DNA from: Trichoplax sp. H2
Taxonomy: Eukaryota
Assembly: GCA_003344405.1 (NCBI GenBank)
Contig: NOWV01000185.1
Span: forward strand, 124,001 to 156,788
DNA: 32,788 nucleotides
Direction: 5' to 3'
This document shows, in pieces, positions 25,254 through 32,788 of this stretch; position 1 is the stretch's first letter; the number at the start of each line of letters is the position of its first letter. The translations under genes were made by a program, and so were the position numbers. Below the pieces are notes generated by a model that was not told the DNA's origin, did not search any database, and saw only the letters and a list, made by a program, of their open reading frames with translations.

Positions 25254-28200
25254 AATATAGTAGAAATAGCTCGCTATTAGCTGATATTTAGCTTGCATTT
25301 GGATACAATTCTGTATAACATCGGCCTATAACAATTCTTTTTTCTTATGATATAAAATGAAACTAAGTTATCGTTTAATACGTTTGCATTTATAGCTTTT
25401 ATTTAAAGCCGATAATATAATTTAATGTCAACTTTTAGAAATAACTTCACCTAAATTCATTGTAAAACTATATGAAGTAAGGAGCACGGTATTATAATAA
25501 AGGCGCCATCTAAATATGACAAGTAGAGAACTTGGTATAAATAGCATCCGCCTTATAGCATGGAATTTGTTCTCTAACAGATCCCACATGGCTGAATGCA
25601 TCGATAGTAATAATGATATAATTTTTGTGTACACGTACTGTAATATATATTAATTGGCACAGCAAATACGCGTATAGTATAGTCCCCTAAAATACTGTAT
25701 GTAGAATACCACTAATTTTACTATATTTTATATTGTACTTTACATCGACGTTGTATAATTCGTAACTAGAAAAAAGGCTTTTTTTATATTCCAACATCTC
25801 TTTTATCTGCTCCAATGTACCCGCTACCCCTGGTGAAATTATGATTCGTCTCTATCAAGCCATGATAATATAATGAATCAAGGAAAATAATGAATTTTAA
25901 AGAGGTTTACTTGAAAGTAGTAAAGTATGCAAATATATATCAGCTAGTTGTTGCTTGGCTATTAACCTTTTGAATACAATTTCTAAACACCATGCAATTT
26001 TTTGATTGCTTCCCGTCATCCATAGCACAAATAACTTTATCGACTAATGAATTAGATGCAGGTTATTACCATCTATCAATCACTTATGTAGATGAGAATA
26101 AATTAGGTAAATTCAATTACATAAGCAACAGATGGCAAGACAATACCTGATTTTCGCGTTAACAAGGCACCCACGGGAGTAGCTGCTTGATTTCATAATG
26201 TAGATGAATAGAGTAGAGTTTGGATTGATGAATAATTTATCTACATGGTTCTAGTTCTTCTTTAACTTTATTGATAATGGATTAGAGATGAATTAGGACA
26301 TAAAAATAGAAGGATTGAGCCTTTAACTGGCATGATTTCTATAAGCGAGTATTTTGCCCTGTCCAGGCTTCCCAAGATCATCAATAAGTGACACGTTTTC
26401 TTCTAATCAAACATTTACTAGCCTCACTTTATATCGGTCCATGGCATTACTAGATTACTTTAGGAGTCAAATTTTCTCAGTTCGATTAATAATATGAGGA
26501 TCATAGATAGAGAAAAATGGCATTCATTTCTCTTTTAATGGCTTTGGCTGTTCAGTATATGTATTGCAACTGCCGATATTGTAGAGTTCATCATTCTTAC
26601 AGAAATAGTTCAATCTTTTTCGCTTTGATAGGTGCTAAGAATTATATCGACTTGATTAGCAAAGTAGTTAGAAATTTTTTATTTATTGTAGAGTTGATTC
26701 TACTGGTGCAATCGTTCGCTACTTTTATAGTACTTGTACAAGTACGAAGACGCATAATAAAATGAGTTTAAAGTTTATGTTAACTAGCAGTCATGCAAAC
26801 GATCACAGCTATGACTAAGATTTATTGCGTGTGACTACTAAAATGCCAAAATCTTCCCCTTTTTCTCATTCCTTGTGCAATTAACTTACTATTGTAGCTA
26901 GTAATCAATCTATTGTCTAAGGAATAAAAATGCAATTAACGTGACATTGATATAAAATAAAATAGGTGGATATTATGATCATACTTATTTACTTATCGCT
27001 AGTTGAAAGTATAATAAAAATTCTTCTTTCCTCCCTTTTTCATATTGACTTTCACCGTCATCTTCATAACAATACTATAACTACCACACTGTATATTAAT
27101 GACTAAGTAATGATATCATCTCTGGCTGAAGTTATTTACTTTTAAGGTTAATAGTAAATTTTGTTAGGTAATGATGAATAGAACCTGCTAGACAACTACT
27201 AGATTGTTCTATTTTCAGAGCTACAAGTTGTCGATATCAAAGTAATAACATGAATGGCTACATATCGTCATCGTATTGATAGTTGGGATAGTATCACCTC
27301 TACTGTTTTAATTTATAATGCAAGATATCAACTAAAATAGATACAAGGGCAAGCATGATGATTCGATATTAAAATCATACCGTAATAACTAGTTTTCCTG
27401 AATATTATCTGATGTAATGTTATTGAAGCTTTTCTAATGCTTGCTGTTGTCGCCTAGATGGCAAATACAATCATTGCCAAGATCATTCAGTACGACAGCT
27501 TTAGTTCCATTCGGTAATTAACATTTAGATAGAAGTCTATTCTTACAAAATATACGATATCGGGCTAGTTTATCCTAATATCATGGATTTGGGGTCATTA
27601 AAGCTAACTGCTATAGCAAGGATATCGTAGTAGTTCTAGGCTATCACCGGCAGATAATATAGTTTAATTTTGTCATTTAATTATACCCCCCTCATAAACA
27701 ATAGCATTAACAGCTGAATCTCTGCTGTTTTAGATGACTAAATTGCATTATATTTCCTTTCATGACATAAATAGTGAAGGAGTAGAATACCAAATGGGCA
27801 TACAACATTAACTTGATAGCCTTGAAAGTGATCATTTTGATAGTGGTTATTCTAACTTTACCGTCAATTTCAGGATAGAACACAGGGGATGATTATTTCG
27901 GTGTACAAATAGACATTATTTTGTCGCCTATTAGATGATGTGGATCCACATCGGGTTGATAATAATTTAGACAAGTTCTACGCAAGTGATACCCTCACCC
28001 AATCTGTTATTAACTTGCAGTTATCTAACACTAATGTATTATAATCAAAGTGAAATAAGGCTTTACTCCTGAATGACTTGAAAAAAACAAAAGTGGTAAT
28101 CCTATTTCTAGTTTTGACATGATTATGCGGCCTATTAAGAAGGGAAGGTATTGGAGTTTTATTTAGATAGAACAAGAATGATGGCTGTCTTCCAATTTCA

Positions 28201-28310
28201 ATGAAAAGCATAGACGCTACCTGTTTGTAATTGTCATCATTGGCATATATTGCACATATTCAATATTTTCGATTTTTTTCTTCCTATAGCGCCGTTTTAA
28301 TTCATTGTAA

Positions 28311-28412
28311 CAGCTGACTTGATTGCGCAAATAATGGCCATATGTTTAACGCGGCAAGACAGCTCCATTGATTGGTCTGGCTTTTGATTTCATTACTCAC
28401 TGTGGTTATAAA
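28311..28412 (+). promoter_or_regulatory. Putative core promoter of bHLH-2 (E-boxes, C/EBP-like site, inverted CCAAT box, TATA box)
   Basis: CAGCTG 28311-28316, ATTGCGCAAA 28322-28331, CATATG 28339-28344, GATTGGTC 28370-28377 and TATAAA 28407-28412. Motif match only. Confidence 0.55.
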
Positions 28413-28600
28413 AAATTCAACTAATTTCTTCTGTCTTCGACTTGATTATTATGTAGACACCTTTTTTCTCAGTTTTTGCTTAGAATAGCGCTTTCTTACA
28501 AGTACAGACGAACAAAGAATAAGCATACTCTATCTTTCATAGCCACAGGAATTTTGTGCGCCAAATCAAACCGGTAGCAAATCAAATTTTTTTGACGTTG

Positions 28601-28804
28601 GTAAAGGTTGAAATAATTATTAATCGACGGTTTTATTCCTCCAACAGAAATTTTAATCTTCTTTATTTCAAATCTTACTTTAATTTTTTTTCTACTCTGA
28701 AAATTAAACCACTTCTTTCGCCAATATATTAAATTCCTACTTTACCGTTTCTGTCTTTTTCCTGATATCGTATCCTATGCAATTCATGTTAATAAACTGT
28801 ACAG
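28601..28804 (+). other. Putative 5'UTR intron of bHLH-2
   Basis: Donor G|GTAAAG at 28601, a pyrimidine-rich body, and acceptor TACAG at 28800-28804. It lies between the TATA box and the ATG. Confidence 0.4.
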
Positions 28805-28889
28805 ATAGTATTGACGACTAGGGAGAAAGAGAGAGAGAAAGCGAGTGAGGAAAAAAATTATTTAAGAAAGAGAAAACAAATTAATCGGT

Positions 28890-29897
28890 ATGAGTCAGGA
28901 AAATTCATTAATAAACGGAGAAAATTTTACTGAAGTGGATTATTTAAATGGTGAGGATAACGATGACGATAAACAAAATAACTACAAATTGAGATCGCGC
29001 GGCCATGAAGGTAAAAGAAAAATTGATTTACAAGAAGACAGATTAAGTGATATTAGTGATAAAGAAATGGAAGAAGGATTGCCAACAACAACTTCAACGG
29101 CAACAGCCAATAATGGTAGTAACGATGGCGGTAGTAATGGTAAAAGCAGAGGGAAGAAAAAAGCAGCATCGTCGCGCTCGCGTGCTCGTCGACTATTAAT
29201 TAATGAACGGGAACGACAGAGAATGCATAGTTTAAACGCTGCTTTGGATCGTCTAAGATCTGTTGTACCACACTATCCTAGTGATCGCAAGTTATCCAAA
29301 ATTGAAACGTTATTATTAGCTCAAAATTATATTGTAGCGCTAACAGAAGCGCTTAATTCTGTTCGTGGTCCTCAACTTGATCAACAACAACATCAACAAC
29401 AAGCGCAACAAGCACAGCAGCAGCCACATCCGTCGCAAGCACAACATCACTATTCCCAACAACATCCAAATCAGAGTGATCATATCGCTTTATCGTCAGG
29501 TTTAATGATGCAAGGGAATCCACCGCATTCTATGGCTGTTGTCGCTCCAACCTCGACTTTATCCCATCATCATCATCATCATCAGCAACAACAACAACAA
29601 CAACAATCGATTGCTCATGGCCTCAATTTAGCCGATAACTATAATCAAAGTCCAATTATACATACAAGCACTAGCATGCATAACGCCGTCGCCAAAGGCA
29701 ATAATCAAGTTGTGCAAGGATCAGCTGGACTACAGCCGATGTCTAATCAATTAATAAACCATTCTACTAATGAATTAGTCACAACCGCATCCAACAATAA
29801 TGATATCACCTCGGCGCAATGCCATTTACAATCCAATACTGTGGAAAATGAACTATGCTTTAATAACGATGATTTATCACAGTTGCTTAATGTCTAA
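28890..29897 (+). CDS. Atonal-superfamily bHLH transcription factor, Mist/Dimmed-Neurogenin-Olig-like (bHLH-2), 335 aa, with a Q/H-rich C-terminal region
   Basis: The ORF contains the b[59 protein letters not shown] (nt 29187-29354), followed by polyQ/polyH low-complexity tracts. It is the longest ORF in the window. Confidence 0.95.
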   Translation: MSQENSLINGENFTEVDYLNGEDNDDDKQNNYKLRSRGHEGKRKIDLQEDRLSDISDKEMEEGLPTTTSTATANNGSNDGGSNGKSRGKKKAASSRSRARRLLINERERQRMHSLNAALDRLRSVVPHYPSDRKLSKIETLLLAQNYIVALTEALNSVRGPQLDQQQHQQQAQQAQQQPHPSQAQHHYSQQHPNQSDHIALSSGLMMQGNPPHSMAVVAPTSTLSHHHHHHQQQQQQQQSIAHGLNLADNYNQSPIIHTSTSMHNAVAKGNNQVVQGSAGLQPMSNQLINHSTNELVTTASNNNDITSAQCHLQSNTVENELCFNNDDLSQLLNV

Positions 29898-30437
29898 ATT
29901 TGATTGGTACTCATGTTGTCATCTTCAATTTTATACGACGCTATAGTATGGTAATTATGGGAGTGGACAGTGTACTTTGTAATCGTAAAAATGTTGTGGC
30001 AATGCAATCCAGGTTCTTGATACCTCTATGAATATTTTAATTTTACCAATACTCTATCGACCTTAGTGTTTAGCTTAATACAATTATTCATAATTATAAT
30101 ATCATGGCCAGGCTATGGTATGTTCTATAGTACATGTTAGTATTTTATGGTAATATTTTCCTGATGCGGAAATAGATATACTATAGTAGTTCAATAGAAG
30201 CTCTTCGACATTGCCATATCTTACAAATAATATCGACAGTCGAGCTCGTAGTATTATACATGTGTTTCATACCTTTGTCGCTTGGAAACGATATGAAGGG
30301 AAAGTATTATCTATTCTCATGGAAATAGACAGCTGATTGTATTTTGCATGATTATTTATTTCCTTCTATGCAAGTACAATTTTTTTAACGATTCTTACTT
30401 CAGTTATACTTCATCGTTCTGTCAACTATGCTTCAAT

Positions 30438-30835
30438 TCATTTTTTTGTATTCAAATCTCGTCGACCACAAGTACGTCGAAGTAATCGTTTTATAAAATG
30501 GCGGCATTCTACCAAATTTTCTTCTTTTTGGCTAGAATAAGTGCAGTAATGTTGCTGTGTGTTGTATCGCCATTTTTTTGTTTTTAGCCTATCAAATCTA
30601 GGAATTGATTTCTTCTCTTCCATGGTTGACGTCATAATTATATTATTGGAATGGTCTGTATCGTTTTGTAGCGGAGCTATTAATTTGTACACAATTTTGG
30701 CTGATCCAATTTCAGCAACTTTCTCTGTTATAAAATACTGGTATGTCAGTTAACATACTACGTATACTACGTTTTCATATTATTGTAAATGTTTAGCTTG
30801 ACCTAGCTCGGTGCTACGAATGTAGAGATCACTGT
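30438..30835 (-). CDS. Possible 3' exons of an uncharacterised spliced gene
   Basis: A candidate terminal exon 30724-30438 (acceptor cag|AG, about 95 open codons, KVAEIGSAKIVYKL...RRTCGRRDLNTKK*) is phase-compatible, across a 78-nt GT-AG intron (30802-30725), with a small exon 30835-30803 (SDLYIRSTEL). No domain is recognisable and the upstream exons are ambiguous. Confidence 0.35.
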
Positions 30836-31829
30836 CTACGCGTTTTATTGGAACTTAATTAAGCTTAGTGTTTGTCCTTATCATTCAGTTGTGATTTCTT
30901 AATGATTTAGTATATCATCACAATTAAGTGTTGGATCTTCTCATTTTTTGTTGATTATACTTGTATAACCTCGCTTTTACTGTAATATTTGATAGTATCT
31001 GTGCACCGTGCTAGAGTTTTTATACAGTAGCAAATCAACTTCAACATAGTTCAGTAAAGGTTCTTATGAATCAGACAGGCTTTGTGCTTGAATACTTGTA
31101 TTTGGATATGCTTTTACTTGAATAAACAGTCCAAATTTATGGTGTTGCTAAATGAGTAATTTGCAGGCTAACAATTTTGAAATTCAATGACGGAAGGTAC
31201 TACGTATGCAATTGATGATATATTGCTGTATCCATTATACAATATCATTTACCTAATTACTCTGACGACCATATTAGTTCTATAGTGACGGCACGCTATC
31301 TAAGATACTGCAGGATTACATCTACTACCAATTGTCTACAAACATTGAGTATTAACATAACGGATTAGAGCTAGTAACTAGCATGTATTCAGCAATGATT
31401 TGGTACGTTTACTAACAACGACAAGAACGTTCTTTAAACCATGCAAAAGGAAAATTGTCCTTCAACGAACATTTCAATACATTCGATACATAAAAGTATC
31501 TATCTACCCGTGTGACTATTCATTCGCATGGCACACTGTATAAGATAATATTAAGGTGAATAAAAGATGAATCTTCTGATAGTAAATTACAATTATTGGT
31601 ATTTGGAATAGTATCTAAAGCTCAGTAAAAACAATTATTGTTCCTCGAAAACATTGGTAACAGTCATTCATGTATGTCCTGGTAACGATATGATATAATT
31701 TACTACTATTTAAATATATGACCTTTATATCAATGACTCCCAATTTCTTGTAAGAATCTTACATACAAGGGAACTGTGCATAAAGGTTAGTAATGGTGGT
31801 CTTTCACTCAGTAGGCTGCAGAAATTAAT

Positions 31830-32727
<898 letters not shown>

Positions 32728-32788
32728 CTGTTCGTGTTGAAAGTAATGTTAGGAACGGGGATGATATTCTTTGAAATGGCCAATGATA

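Noticed and set aside
8873-28211. Other short ORFs (8873, 16053, 20977, 21603, 23778, 25116, 25428, 26517, 27978)
   Set aside because: They are 60-87 aa with no domain, have the F/I/L/Y/C-rich composition of random AT-rich frames, and lack supporting splice structure.
30559-30753. 64-aa plus-strand ORF
   Set aside because: It has a non-ATG start and overlaps the better-supported minus-strand open frame.

Overview
AT-rich eukaryotic genomic DNA with short GT-AG introns. The sequence style and gene content suggest an early-branching animal, most likely a placozoan such as Trichoplax; this is inference and is not proven. The window holds two same-strand atonal-superfamily bHLH genes with uninterrupted coding regions (18176-18880 and 28890-29897). 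They look like tandem paralogues and carry a mosaic of Neurogenin/NeuroD, Mist1/Dimmed and Olig/Beta3 diagnostic residues. The 3' five exons of Skp1 lie on the minus strand (31830-32727), and a small spliced orphan gene may sit between bHLH-2 and Skp1. The first ~17.7 kb contains no gene I can recognise and carries at least six unrelated, diverged tandem arrays with ~85-220 bp units. An assembly gap in one array appears to join an LTR-insertion allele to its empty-site allele. I saw no prokaryote-type system such as a CRISPR array or operon.
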